60,292 nt of DNA, filler included, from 5 parts of 5 records of this genome joined end to end with filler, not necessarily neighbours in it; one strand, 5' to 3'; counted from the first letter of the whole stretch, positions 31,213-41,155 are shown. Program-made: numbers and translations. The notes: generated by a model not told the origin, from the letters alone.

Positions 31213-31725
31213 ATGTTGCAACATTACCGGATGTTCGCCGCTTACAATCGCTGGGCCAATGCCAGAGTCTACAGCGCAGCCAGCAGCATCGCCTATGACG
31301 ACTTCACCCGTGATCTGGGTGCTTTCTTTCGCTCGATACAGGGCACACTGAACCATATTCTTTACGCAGATCAGGTCTGGATGGCCCGCTTTACCGGAAA
31401 AACTGCGGGACCGGTCAAGCTCGACACGATACTGCATGAAGACCTCAAAGATCTGCGCCTTGCACGCGAAACAGAAGACAGGAAGATCATCGCATTTGTC
31501 GATTCCCTTTCATCGGACGCACTGAAAGGAACGTTTTCCTATCAACGCGGCAATCCGCCGCAAGTCTACACCGACAGCCTTGAAAAGACGCTGGCGCATT
31601 TTTTCAACCATCAGACCCACCATCGCGGCCAGTTGCACATGATGCTTACAATGATGGGTCAGTCGTCGCTCGAACTTGATCTGATCTACTTTTTGCGATC
31701 CGAAAGCGGCAGTCCGTTCGTCTGA
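31213..31725 (+). CDS. DinB family protein
   Basis: YNRWAN, SIQGTLNHI, HFFNHQTHHRGQ. Confidence 0.92.
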   Translation: MLQHYRMFAAYNRWANARVYSAASSIAYDDFTRDLGAFFRSIQGTLNHILYADQVWMARFTGKTAGPVKLDTILHEDLKDLRLARETEDRKIIAFVDSLSSDALKGTFSYQRGNPPQVYTDSLEKTLAHFFNHQTHHRGQLHMMLTMMGQSSLELDLIYFLRSESGSPFV

Positions 31726-31808
31726 CTTTGTAAAGCCAGACTTGGTGATACAGAAGAAGCAGTGGCAACATCTTGCCAACGGCCTATCTTTCAGACAAAA
31801 CCGCTGCC

Positions 31809-33185
31809 ATGATTACAGTAACCGACCTATCCGTTCGTATCGCCGGACGTTTGTTGATTGAACACGCATCGGCCACTATTCCCGAAGGCATGAAAGCCGG
31901 GCTGGTGGGCCGAAACGGTGCGGGAAAATCGACGCTTTTCCGTGTTATCACCGGTGACCTGACGCCGGAAACCGGCGGCGTCAACATTCCCAAAAAGGCG
32001 CGTATCGGGCAGGTGGCGCAGGAAGCCCCCGGCACCGAAGAACCGCTGATTGACATCGTACTGAAGGCAGACAAGGAGCGCGCCGCGCTTCTGGCCGAAG
32101 CAGAAACAGCGACAGATCCTCACCGCATCGCCGAAATCCAGACGCGGCTTGTCGATATCAACGCCCATTCTGCCGAAGCGCGTGCGGGTGCCATTCTTTC
32201 CGGTCTGGGCTTTGATTCTGAAGCGCAAAAGCGCCCCGCCTCGTCGTTTTCCGGCGGCTGGCGTATGCGTGTTGCGCTCGCTGCGGTGCTGTTTTCCGAA
32301 CCGGATCTGCTGCTGCTTGATGAGCCGACGAACTATCTTGATCTGGAAGGTACACTTTGGCTGGAAGACTATATCCGCCGCTACCCCTACAGCGTGCTGA
32401 TCATTTCGCATGACCGTGACCTTTTAAACACGGCAGCCAATGCCATCATCCACCTCGACCAGAAGAAGCTGACCTTTTATCGCGGTTCCTACGACCAGTT
32501 CGAACGGCAAAAGGCCGAGGCGGACGAGTTGCAGATGAAGGCGCGTGCCAAAAACGAGGCACAACGCAAACATTTACAAAGCTTCGTCGACCGCTTCAAG
32601 GCAAAGGCCTCCAAGGCCCGGCAGGCGCAAAGCCGCGTCAAGGCACTGGAGAAAATGGGCACGGTTGCCGCTGTGATTGAAGACCATGTACAGGGCTTCA
32701 CCTTTCCCGAGCCGGAGAAGCAACCCGCCTCTCCGATCATTGCGATTGAAAATGGTGTGGTTGGTTACGAACCTGGAAAGCCAATCCTGTCTGATATCAA
32801 TCTCAGGATCGACAACGATGACCGGATCGCGCTTCTGGGTGCCAACGGTAACGGCAAGTCGACCTTTGCAAAGTTCATTTCCGGACGACTGGCGGCGCAG
32901 GCTGGCATGCTGAAAATTGCCCCCAACCTCAAGACCGGGTTCTTTGCCCAGCATCAGATTGATGATCTGGTGCCGAATGAATCTGCGGTCGATCATGTGC
33001 GAAAACGGATGCAGGCGGCCCCCGAAGCCAGGATCCGCGCGCGCGTGGCACAGATGGGGCTGGCGACCGCCAAGATGGACACACTTGCAAAAGATCTATC
33101 CGGTGGCGAAAAGGCGCGACTTTTGATGGGACTGGCCGCTTTCGATGCCCCCAATCTGCTGATCCTCGACGAGCCGACCAACCAT
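31809..33185 (+). CDS. ABC-F family ATP-binding protein (3' truncated)
   Basis: Two ABC domains (GRNGAGKS/FSGGWRMR/DEPTN and GANGNGKS/LSGGEK/DEPTN), no TM segments. Confidence 0.95.
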
Positions 33186-33285
33186 NNNNNNNNNNNNNNN
33201 NNNNNNNNNNNNNNNNNNNNNNNNNNNNNTTAATTAATTAANNNNNNNNNNNNNNNNNNNNNNNNNNNNNNNNNNNNNNNNNNNN
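33186..33285. other. Artificial contig linker
   Basis: N run with TTAATTAATTAA; GC-rich to AT-rich switch. Confidence 0.98.
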
Positions 33286-33315
33286 AAGCGGTCTTGTATT
33301 TTTACTCGGACATAT

Positions 33316-33765
33316 ATGTCTATAAATATGAATTTTTTAACAATCATTCTTATTTATAAACTTATTTTTGCGATAGTGATGTTAAAGGGCTATAAAATAA
33401 AATTTGAGGCACATTATTTTGTGCTTATACTGCTAAGTATTTTACTTTTAAGCTCTCCATGTTCTGCTAGAAACTCCATGCAGGATTTTGCAGGTTTGGA
33501 AAAAACTTCTACGCTTAATAAAAGCAAAACAGCACAAACCTTTAATAGATGCGTAGCAATAAGTAAGCATTATAAAGAAGGAATATCTAAGGTTAAAAGA
33601 GTACAAATAGCACTTACTAAACTTTATTTCTCCAAATTTTCTATGATTACTTTTTCAGCAAGAAATCAAAATGGAAAATTTGATTCTTCAATACTGTATT
33701 GTTACAATCATTTAGGGGTTCCTATGTATATTTTGTATGAGAATATGCAAACTTACCTTATTTAA
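33316..33765 (+). CDS. Hypothetical protein (doubtful; start uncertain)
   Basis: 149-codon ORF in AT-rich DNA with a hydrophobic N-terminus; no recognisable motif. Confidence 0.35.
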   Translation: MSINMNFLTIILIYKLIFAIVMLKGYKIKFEAHYFVLILLSILLLSSPCSARNSMQDFAGLEKTSTLNKSKTAQTFNRCVAISKHYKEGISKVKRVQIALTKLYFSKFSMITFSARNQNGKFDSSILYCYNHLGVPMYILYENMQTYLI

Positions 33766-33906
33766 ATACCAGCATTTTGAAGAGGATTTTATTCCTCAGG
33801 AAGACTTTCTAATTATTCTATTAAGTTAATTAGAGATGAATATTGGTCTTCCTATGCAATTGTTTTTATAAGGAAAGCAAAATATTCTAACACAAAATTT
33901 AAATTG

Positions 33907-34932
33907 ATGAATAAAATTAATAAGCAGTCATTTTCTATGGCTGGACTTTTTACACTCTCGCTACGCTTGGTGGTAGGGTGGACATATTTTTCTGCCTTTT
34001 GGAGGCGATTAATACTAAAGGATAAATTAGATCCAGAACTTCCAGGATATATAGGGGAGAAGTTTAATCATTTTCTTCCTAATGCCTTAGGTATAAAGCC
34101 GATTATTCAGTTTTTAGTTGAAAACCCAGATCATTTATGGTTCGCAATGATGAGCTTTACTATTATTGAAGGAATAGTAGGGCTGTTTATAATGTTTGGG
34201 TTATTTACGCGCGCTATGAGTGTAGGAGTTTTTGGCTTGGCAATGGGGATTTTACTTGGTTCTGGATGGATTGGTACAACATGCTTAGACGAGTGGCAAA
34301 TTGGCGTTTTAGGAATAGCAACTGGCTTTACTTTGTTTTTGAGTGGCAGCGGATACTTTTCGTTCGACCAATATCTTATGAAAAAAGAATTCCGAATTAC
34401 TAAATGGAGGTATTGGAATTGGATTGGATCGGGCAGGTTGCCCATTAACCTCGTTGTTTATAAGCGGATTGGATTAGTGGGAGCTTTTATTATACTTTTT
34501 ATAACGCTTTATACTAATCAATACTTTCATGGAGGACTCTGGGGAACATTACATAATAAATCTGTGAAACCTAAAGTAGAGATTTATGAGGCATCTATTA
34601 AAGAATCTAGTTTAGTATTTGATGTTTATAGAGTGGAAGGTGTTGATGTTTACGGCTCATTTTTAATTAGTGTTTCTTTAAAAGATAGTAATGAGAATGA
34701 CATTTACCGTATAAATGGCGAAGCATTAGCAGCTTTAAAAAAGGATCAAATTAAAAATTACTATATCGCTAAGGTAAAACCAGGAAAGCATAGCTTAATA
34801 ATACCATTAGGTGCTAAGGCTACTATAAATTTGAATAATAATAAATTTAATCAACTCTCAAAAGGAAAGTATACATTAACTCTTACTGATGTTAGTGGGA
34901 TTTTTTGGGAAAAAGAAATAATAATTAAATAA
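33907..34932 (+). CDS. doxD: Thiosulfate:quinone oxidoreductase DoxD(A)-like membrane protein
   Basis: LRLVVGWTYFSAFWRR, GSGWIGTTCLDEWQIG, and a soluble C-terminal domain with YRVEGVDVYGSF (DoxA-like). Confidence 0.8.
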   Translation: MNKINKQSFSMAGLFTLSLRLVVGWTYFSAFWRRLILKDKLDPELPGYIGEKFNHFLPNALGIKPIIQFLVENPDHLWFAMMSFTIIEGIVGLFIMFGLFTRAMSVGVFGLAMGILLGSGWIGTTCLDEWQIGVLGIATGFTLFLSGSGYFSFDQYLMKKEFRITKWRYWNWIGSGRLPINLVVYKRIGLVGAFIILFITLYTNQYFHGGLWGTLHNKSVKPKVEIYEASIKESSLVFDVYRVEGVDVYGSFLISVSLKDSNENDIYRINGEALAALKKDQIKNYYIAKVKPGKHSLIIPLGAKATINLNNNKFNQLSKGKYTLTLTDVSGIFWEKEIIIK

Positions 34933-34933
34933 A

Positions 34934-35359
34934 ATGATAAGAAAAGTAATAATTTTAAGATTGATAATAATACTAACTTTTATAGGAAGTATGGCAAATG
35001 CACAAGAAGTTGAGAAAGATGTATTGCATAACTATTTTGTTTTAACCAGAAAGATAGAGCAACTAAAACCAATAGCTTTAGCTGCTAAAAAACTTAAATT
35101 AGAAGATGGGAATAGTTATGGGGAATTTCATGTGGTTATCTGCGGAAAGGCAGTAGAGCAATTGGTGGAGAAAAAACTTATGAATCCATATCTAGATTTA
35201 CTATTAAAAAATGAAATTAAAGTTTTTGCCTGTGGATTCTCTTTACAGAAGTTTAATGTAAAAGAGGAAGAATTGCCTATCGGTATTAATGTGAAAGAAA
35301 ATGGAATTTTATACGCGTTTCAAGTTCAGAAAAAAGGATTTTTGAGTGTAAGTTTATAA
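34934..35359 (+). CDS. Exported DsrE-family protein
   Basis: Signal peptide (..MANA/QE), VVICGKAV, VFACGFSL, NGILY..Q.QKKG; starts 1 nt after doxD. Confidence 0.75.
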   Translation: MIRKVIILRLIIILTFIGSMANAQEVEKDVLHNYFVLTRKIEQLKPIALAAKKLKLEDGNSYGEFHVVICGKAVEQLVEKKLMNPYLDLLLKNEIKVFACGFSLQKFNVKEEELPIGINVKENGILYAFQVQKKGFLSVSL

Positions 35360-35364
35360 TTATT

Positions 35365-35395
35365 AAAGAGGCTGTTACTAAACAGTCTCTTTTTT
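35365..35395. terminator. Terminator between convergent operons
   Basis: AAAGAGGCTGTT-ACTA-AACAGTCTCTTT followed by T run. Confidence 0.75.
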
Positions 35396-35421
35396 AAAGG
35401 TATTTAGCGGTAACACCAAAA

Positions 35422-36243
35422 CTACTTTAAATGTCCTTCCAAAGTAGCCCATTCTGTCCATGAGCCATCATAAATAGATTTTTTGCAGTTTATGATACCT
35501 TCAGAAGCTAATAAAACTATGCATGCAGTAATTCCAGAACCACAGGAAAAAACTAATTCTGAAGGGTTTATTGCTGAAATGCGTTTAAAAACAACCTCTA
35601 ATTCAGCTTCAGACTTAAAGCATCCATTTTTTAATATTTCAGAATAAGGAATATTGATAGAATTTGGAATAGCCCCACTTTTTAATTCCTTCCGCGGATC
35701 GTCTTCAGTATTATTGAATCTTCCTTTAGACCTTGCATCAATAGTAATAGTTTTTTCAAAAGAAATATGCTTTTTAATAAATAGATAACTCCTCAGCGCA
35801 TCTGTTTTTAGAAAATCTGCTTTAAAATTACTTGTTGCTACATCGGTTTTATAGTTGTTAATTACTTCAAATCCGTCAGCTATCCATTTAGTGAGTCCTC
35901 CATTAAGTACATATACATTGTCAAATCCTATAGTTTTAAGCATCCACCAAACTCTAGGACTCGTATAAATACCATCTATATCATAAACAATAATGTCACT
36001 ATTTTTATGAATTCCGAGTTTTCTACATCCTTTTTCAAACTTTTCTATGGAAGGAAATGTATTCGGAAACCTTGCTTCTGGATTGCTAAAATCATTTTTT
36101 AAATCAAAATACTGAGCATTTTTGATACACTTTCCTTCTAACTCCATTGGAACTTTAGAAGGAAATGTAGCATCTAGAATAATAAGATTAGGATTATCTA
36201 TTCTTTTAGCAAGCCAAGTTGTGGAAACAATATTTTTATTCAC
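35422..36243 (-). CDS. sseA: Tandem-rhodanese sulfurtransferase (3-mercaptopyruvate/thiosulfate)
   Basis: SPRVWWML, VLNGG, IDARS, active-site CGSGITAC, YDGSWTEW. Confidence 0.9.
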   Translation of the reverse strand: MNKNIVSTTWLAKRIDNPNLIILDATFPSKVPMELEGKCIKNAQYFDLKNDFSNPEARFPNTFPSIEKFEKGCRKLGIHKNSDIIVYDIDGIYTSPRVWWMLKTIGFDNVYVLNGGLTKWIADGFEVINNYKTDVATSNFKADFLKTDALRSYLFIKKHISFEKTITIDARSKGRFNNTEDDPRKELKSGAIPNSINIPYSEILKNGCFKSEAELEVVFKRISAINPSELVFSCGSGITACIVLLASEGIINCKKSIYDGSWTEWATLEGHLK

Positions 36244-36254
36244 AAGCTAAGAGA

Positions 36255-37142
36255 TTAATCAAATAAATCGGACGATAAATAACGATCCCCACGGTCGCAA
36301 ATAATGGCAACAATAACCCCTTTTTCTATGGTTTCAGCAAGTTTTAATGCGGCAGCTACGGCACCTCCGCTACTCATTCCAGCAAAAATCCCTTCTTTTT
36401 TTGCAAGTTCTTTAGCCATATTTCTAGCCTCTTCCTCACTTACTTCAATAACTTGATCTACTTTTTTTGGATTAAATATTTTTGGAAGGTAAGCTTCTGG
36501 CCATTTTCTAATTCCTGGAATTTTAGCTTCGTCTGTAGGTTGTACACCTACAATTTGTATTTGATGATTTTGTTCTTTTAAATAAGAGGAAGTTCCCATA
36601 ATAGTTCCTGTAGTCCCCATGGACGACACAAAATGGGTGATTTTCCCATCGGTATCACGCCAGATTTCAGGCCCTGTAGTTTTATAATGTGCTTTCCAAT
36701 TATCGTCATTTCCAAACTGATTAAGCATTACGTAACCTTCATTCTTAACCTTATTTTCGGCATAATCTCTAGCGCCCTCAATACCAACTTCAGAAGAAGT
36801 TAGCGTTAATTTTGCCCCATAAGCACGCATTGTTTGGACACGTTCCTTAGTGGAGTTTTCTGGCATTACCAGTTCTAAATCTAAATGAAACAAACTAGCA
36901 ATCATGGCAAGTGCAATTCCTGTATTGCCACTTGTAGCTTCAATTAGCTTTGTGTTTTCTGTGATATCGCCTCTTTCAAGAGCACTTTTTATCATATTAT
37001 AAGCGGGGCGGTCTTTTACACTCCCACCAGGATTATTGCCTTCTAATTTTAAAAGTAGTTTTACGTTTGGGTTTTTTATTAATACTTTGGCTTCTACCAA
37101 AGGGGTATTTCCTATTTGATCTAATATTGAGGTACTATTCAT
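36255..37142 (-). CDS. cysM: Cysteine synthase B
   Basis: EGNNPGGSVKDR, EATSGNTGIALA, MGTTGT, IPGIRKW, CDRGDRYLS. Confidence 0.95.
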   Translation of the reverse strand: MNSTSILDQIGNTPLVEAKVLIKNPNVKLLLKLEGNNPGGSVKDRPAYNMIKSALERGDITENTKLIEATSGNTGIALAMIASLFHLDLELVMPENSTKERVQTMRAYGAKLTLTSSEVGIEGARDYAENKVKNEGYVMLNQFGNDDNWKAHYKTTGPEIWRDTDGKITHFVSSMGTTGTIMGTSSYLKEQNHQIQIVGVQPTDEAKIPGIRKWPEAYLPKIFNPKKVDQVIEVSEEEARNMAKELAKKEGIFAGMSSGGAVAAALKLAETIEKGVIVAIICDRGDRYLSSDLFD

Positions 37143-37923
37143 TAGTAACAGTTTTTATTTTAATATCTGGAGTGTGAGAAACTATAGAATTGGCGGGAAT
37201 TGATTTTGTTAACCATACATTTCCTCCAATAATGCTATTTTCTCCAATAACAGTATTTCCTCCTAGAATAGTTGCATTTGCATATATAGTAACGTTTTTT
37301 TCTATTGTAGGATGTCTTTTTGTGTTTTGTAGGTTTTTAGCAACATACAATGCTCCTAAAGTAACACCTTGGTAAATTCTTACATGGTCTTTAATCACAG
37401 CAGTTTCTCCAATTACAATCCCAGTAGCATGGTCTATAAAAAAAGACTTTCCTATTTCCGCACCAGGGTTAATATCTACCCCTGTAAGTCTATGTGCATA
37501 TTCCGTCATGAGTCTTGGTACTAAAGGAAAACCAACAGCATAAAGTTCATGCGCTAATCTATATATTGCAATAGCATAAAAACCTGGGTAGCATAAATAA
37601 ACTTCTTCTTTAGAAAGTGCTGCAGGGTCATCTTCTACAAATGCTTTAGCATCTAGATTTAGTAATTCTAATATATAAGGAAGCTTTTTAATGTAATTAT
37701 CCCACAATTTTGCGCAAGGCTTTTCAACATCCCAACATGCTAAATCTACCAATTCTTCAAAGGTATCTTCTAGCTTCTTCATGTTTTCTTCCACAGGAGT
37801 TTCTGCGTCAAAAAGCGTATAAAATAAGATATCTGTAAATCTTTCGGCTGTTTCTTTTAATCTAAATTTTAAATTTGGTTGTTGTTTATGCTCTTTTATA
37901 CTTTCAATAATAGATGTTCCCAT
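37135..37923 (-). CDS. cysE: Serine O-acetyltransferase (EpsC-type)
   Basis: DPAA..EEV.LCYPG, GVDINPGA.IG..FFIDHATG, YQGVTLG, KRHPT. Confidence 0.93.
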   Translation of the reverse strand: MGTSIIESIKEHKQQPNLKFRLKETAERFTDILFYTLFDAETPVEENMKKLEDTFEELVDLACWDVEKPCAKLWDNYIKKLPYILELLNLDAKAFVEDDPAALSKEEVYLCYPGFYAIAIYRLAHELYAVGFPLVPRLMTEYAHRLTGVDINPGAEIGKSFFIDHATGIVIGETAVIKDHVRIYQGVTLGALYVAKNLQNTKRHPTIEKNVTIYANATILGGNTVIGENSIIGGNVWLTKSIPANSIVSHTPDIKIKTVTNE

Positions 37924-38073
37924 ATTTCGCAATTTACATTTTATATGCGTTACTCGATAATCGAGATTTTAATGCCTCGACGCTTATATCGAAATATTTA
38001 TATCTTCCCTTTCAAACCATATTTAGGCTTGCTCGAGGGAGTTTGTTTTATAATTTCGGGTATTCATTTTAAA

Positions 38074-38099
38074 TACTCTCTAATTACTCGGTAGAGTAA
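38074..38099. promoter_or_regulatory. Palindromic candidate operator CTCTA-N9-TAGAG upstream of cysE-cysM-sseA
   Basis: CTCTA 38078-38082 / TAGAG 38092-38096; Bacteroidota -7 box TAATTTTG on the minus strand at 38118-38125; same motif at 58364-58386. Confidence 0.55.
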
Positions 38100-38195
38100 C
38101 TTCTCTAATTGATATTTCAAAATTAAGAATTATTACTACTTAAACACATTCTATTTGTATAACTTTATCGAAGTTTCACAAAACAGTTAAGTCGT

Positions 38196-38876
38196 ATGTC
38201 CAATACTCACATTTCAAAATCTACCTATAATTTTTTAAATGAATTGAAAAAAAATAATAACCGAGAATGGTTTAATGAGCATAAAAAGGAGTTTAAAGCT
38301 GAAGAAAAGAAGGTGAAAGGATTTTATCAAGAATTAATGATAAAAATGAGAATGTATGATGAGATTGATGATTTAAAGATGTTTAGAATATATAGAGATG
38401 TTCGGTTTTCGGCTAATAAACAACCTTATAAAGAGCATTTATCGGGGTCTTTTAGTAGAGTGAAGCCACGCTTAAGAGGCGGGTATTATTTACATATAGA
38501 ACCTGGGAATACTTTTTTAGCATGTGGATTTTGGGCTCCCGAAAAAGAAGACTTACAAAGAATTAGAAAAGAGTTTGAGTTGGACGATCAAGAGATTCGA
38601 GAAATATTAAATGAGGACAGTTTTAAAAAGCAATTTGGAAGCATAGAAGGAGAGGAGCTTAAAACTGCTCCTAGAGGTTTTGATAAAGAGCATCCAGCAA
38701 TAGATTTAATACGCAAAAAGCAGTATATCGTTATTAAAAAATTTACAGATAACGATGCATTGGATGTTAACTTTATTGATAAAATAGATGAAGCTTTTAA
38801 AACAGTTCGCCCATTTTTTGATTATATGAGCGATGTTTTAACAACCGACTTAAATGGGGTTTCGTTATTAGATTAA
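38196..38876 (+). CDS. DUF2461 family protein
   Basis: NNNREWF, FRIYRDVRFS.NK.PYK, LKTAPRGFDKEHP. Confidence 0.9.
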   Translation: MSNTHISKSTYNFLNELKKNNNREWFNEHKKEFKAEEKKVKGFYQELMIKMRMYDEIDDLKMFRIYRDVRFSANKQPYKEHLSGSFSRVKPRLRGGYYLHIEPGNTFLACGFWAPEKEDLQRIRKEFELDDQEIREILNEDSFKKQFGSIEGEELKTAPRGFDKEHPAIDLIRKKQYIVIKKFTDNDALDVNFIDKIDEAFKTVRPFFDYMSDVLTTDLNGVSLLD

Positions 38877-39319
38877 TAAATCTTTATAATCTTAAATGTG
38901 TTATTGTTAAAGCTTATAGATTCTCCTACTTTTTTATCTATTAAAAGTTGACCTACAGGAGCTTCTTTAGAGATAGCAAAATAAGTGGTATTATCTAAGG
39001 TAATTTTTCCTAAAGGAATAGAAAGAAAGAAATTTCCATTGCTGCATTCCACTAAACTCCCTTGTTTGACAACTTCATTAGATTGAAAAATATCAACTTG
39101 TTTAAGTTTTGATTTCAGCTTATTTGCTTCGTCTAAATATTCTAATATTTTAGTGAAATTACTGCCATATCCACTGCCGCTGCTTCCTTCATCCTCATCG
39201 CCTTTTGTTTTGTCTTCATTCTCTACAGACTCTTTAATTATATTTATTTCTGTTCTATAGCGTTCTATTCTTTCATTTAAAATGTCTAAGCATTTACGGT
39301 ATAATTGTTCTTTAATCAT
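38873..39319 (-). CDS. GreA/GreB-like protein (Bacteroidota type)
   Basis: N-terminal coiled coil; V.QGSLV..FFLSIPLG..AIS.EAPVGQLL..KKVG. Confidence 0.7.
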   Translation of the reverse strand: MIKEQLYRKCLDILNERIERYRTEINIIKESVENEDKTKGDEDEGSSGSGYGSNFTKILEYLDEANKLKSKLKQVDIFQSNEVVKQGSLVECSNGNFFLSIPLGKITLDNTTYFAISKEAPVGQLLIDKKVGESISFNNNTFKIIKIY

Positions 39320-39653
39320 TAGTTATATTCATTAATATCTATTGTAAAAATAGCGTATAATAAGCTTCTATTTTCTAAAATTTATTTAAAAAATAGTTAT
39401 TTTGAGTTTTTATTGGTCTCTAATATGGTCTAAAACTTTGCAATTTTATTACAGCCCTTTTTAGGTATTAAAAATTTAGCTGCAAATATTACAAATGCAT
39501 AATTCTCTCCATTGTTGGGTTGCAGATATGGAATGATATGGGGTAAAGAGGTGTTTGTAAATTTGTTACAAACACGTTTTAAGTCCGCTACAAACCTCTG
39601 CAACTATTGTAGAGAGTTTTTAGTTGTTTAATTAGTATAAAATCAATGATATA

Positions 39654-40061
39654 CTAAACCAATACTTCGTTTTCTAAAAGCTGAATTTGATCTTTCAAAC
39701 GTTCCACAACAATATTCATCATTCGTTTATTTAATGCGGAAGAATTTTCAATATAAATAAGATATTCATCAACTGTAAACTGACCAATAATAATTCCTTT
39801 TAAGGAGTTTCGAAACTTAATGTCTTTCTGAATGGCGTTTTCAATATAATGAAACCTTTTTTCAAGCGAAAAAGTGAAGAATACACCTTTGTGCTTATTT
39901 GCATAATTCTTAAAAGCTTCTAATAATAAATCGTTTTGCAATTTAATAACGGGTCGTAGCGTAACGTTTTGGAAACGCTCGTCTTTGCTCATTGAATCGT
40001 AAATAATTGCTGATGGAATTTCTGGACGTACACTTAGTAAATCCGATGTTCTAGTGTCCAT
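39654..40061 (-). CDS. Conserved Bacteroidota hypothetical protein
   Basis: ERFQN.TLRPVIKLQNDLL..KDIKFRNSLKG.IIGQFT.DEY. Confidence 0.75.
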   Translation of the reverse strand: MDTRTSDLLSVRPEIPSAIIYDSMSKDERFQNVTLRPVIKLQNDLLLEAFKNYANKHKGVFFTFSLEKRFHYIENAIQKDIKFRNSLKGIIIGQFTVDEYLIYIENSSALNKRMMNIVVERLKDQIQLLENEVLV

Positions 40062-40251
40062 AATTGTGAAGTTTTACTAAAGGTATAAATTATTAAAGCG
40101 CTTAAAATTGATAGCGTTAGATAGTTTTCAACGATGTTATAAACAAATAACATTCTTTTAAGAAGAGAAAGAAATGCAAAATGGTAAATTAGTGTACTGC
40201 TTCAGCGTAAGTTTTGAAGTGTTAAAAATTGGTTATTGAAAAATATAAGTT

Positions 40252-40828
40252 ATGATTCACTCTATAAATCCTTATACAGGAGAAAAGATATATAGTTTTA
40301 CCCCTTTGTCAACAAAAGAAATTTCAGAAAAGATTGATGAAGCAGATTTAGTTCAGAAAGAGTGGAAAAAAACATCTTTTAGGGAGCGAGCTAAATTAAT
40401 GACGAAAGCTGCAGAGGTATTAAAAAAGAGAAAAAAAGTATATGGTGAAGTAATTTCAAAGGAAATGGGAAAGCCTATAACACAGGCTATTGCTGAGGTA
40501 GAAAAATGTGCGTGGGTATGTGAGTATTATGCAGAAAATGCAGCAAGTTTTTTAAAGGATGAGTTTATTGAAACAGATGCCCAAAAAAGTTATGTTTCTT
40601 ATAATTCTTTAGGAGTTGTATTGGCTGTAATGCCATGGAATTACCCTTTTTGGCAAGTGTTTAGATTTGCAGCTCCAGCATTAATGGCTGGAAATGCAGG
40701 GGTATTAAAGCATGCTTCATCAGTAATGAAAAGTGCAAATAATATTCAAGAAGTATTTGAAGAAGCAGGGTTTCCTAAAGGATTGTTTCAGAATTTAGTT
40801 ATTGGGAGCGATAAAGTAGAATCTGTAA
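40252..40828 (+). CDS. NAD(P)-dependent succinate-semialdehyde dehydrogenase-like ALDH (3' truncated)
   Basis: SINPYTGE, EMGKP..AEVEKCA, AVMPWNYPFWQVFRFAAP.LMAGN..LKHA. Confidence 0.92.
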
Positions 40829-40928
40829 NNNNNNNNNNNNNNNNNNNNNNNNNNNNNNNNNNNNNNNNNNNNTTAATTAATTAANNNNNNNNNNNNNNNN
40901 NNNNNNNNNNNNNNNNNNNNNNNNNNNN
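40829..40928. other. Artificial contig linker
   Basis: N run with TTAATTAATTAA. Confidence 0.98.
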
Positions 40929-41155
40929 TGACCAATATTATCGTGTAATTCCCAACTAATATTTCGAAGTGTCTCTTCGCGTATCTCTATTTGTGATTCA
41001 GCTAGTTCACGATCAAAAACCTTTTTGGCTTCAGCCTGTTCTCGAAGCAATCGATTTTTTCTACTAGAAAAAACACTAAACAAAACGATAACAATAATAA
41101 CCAATGATACTGGAATGGCTATTGCTGCTATTATTATAATCTCTTTTTCATCCAT
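40929..41155 (-). CDS. HisKA_3-type sensor histidine kinase, single TM, no extracellular domain (3' truncated)
   Basis: One N-terminal TM helix, short coiled coil, then ISWELHDNIG H-box. Confidence 0.88.
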
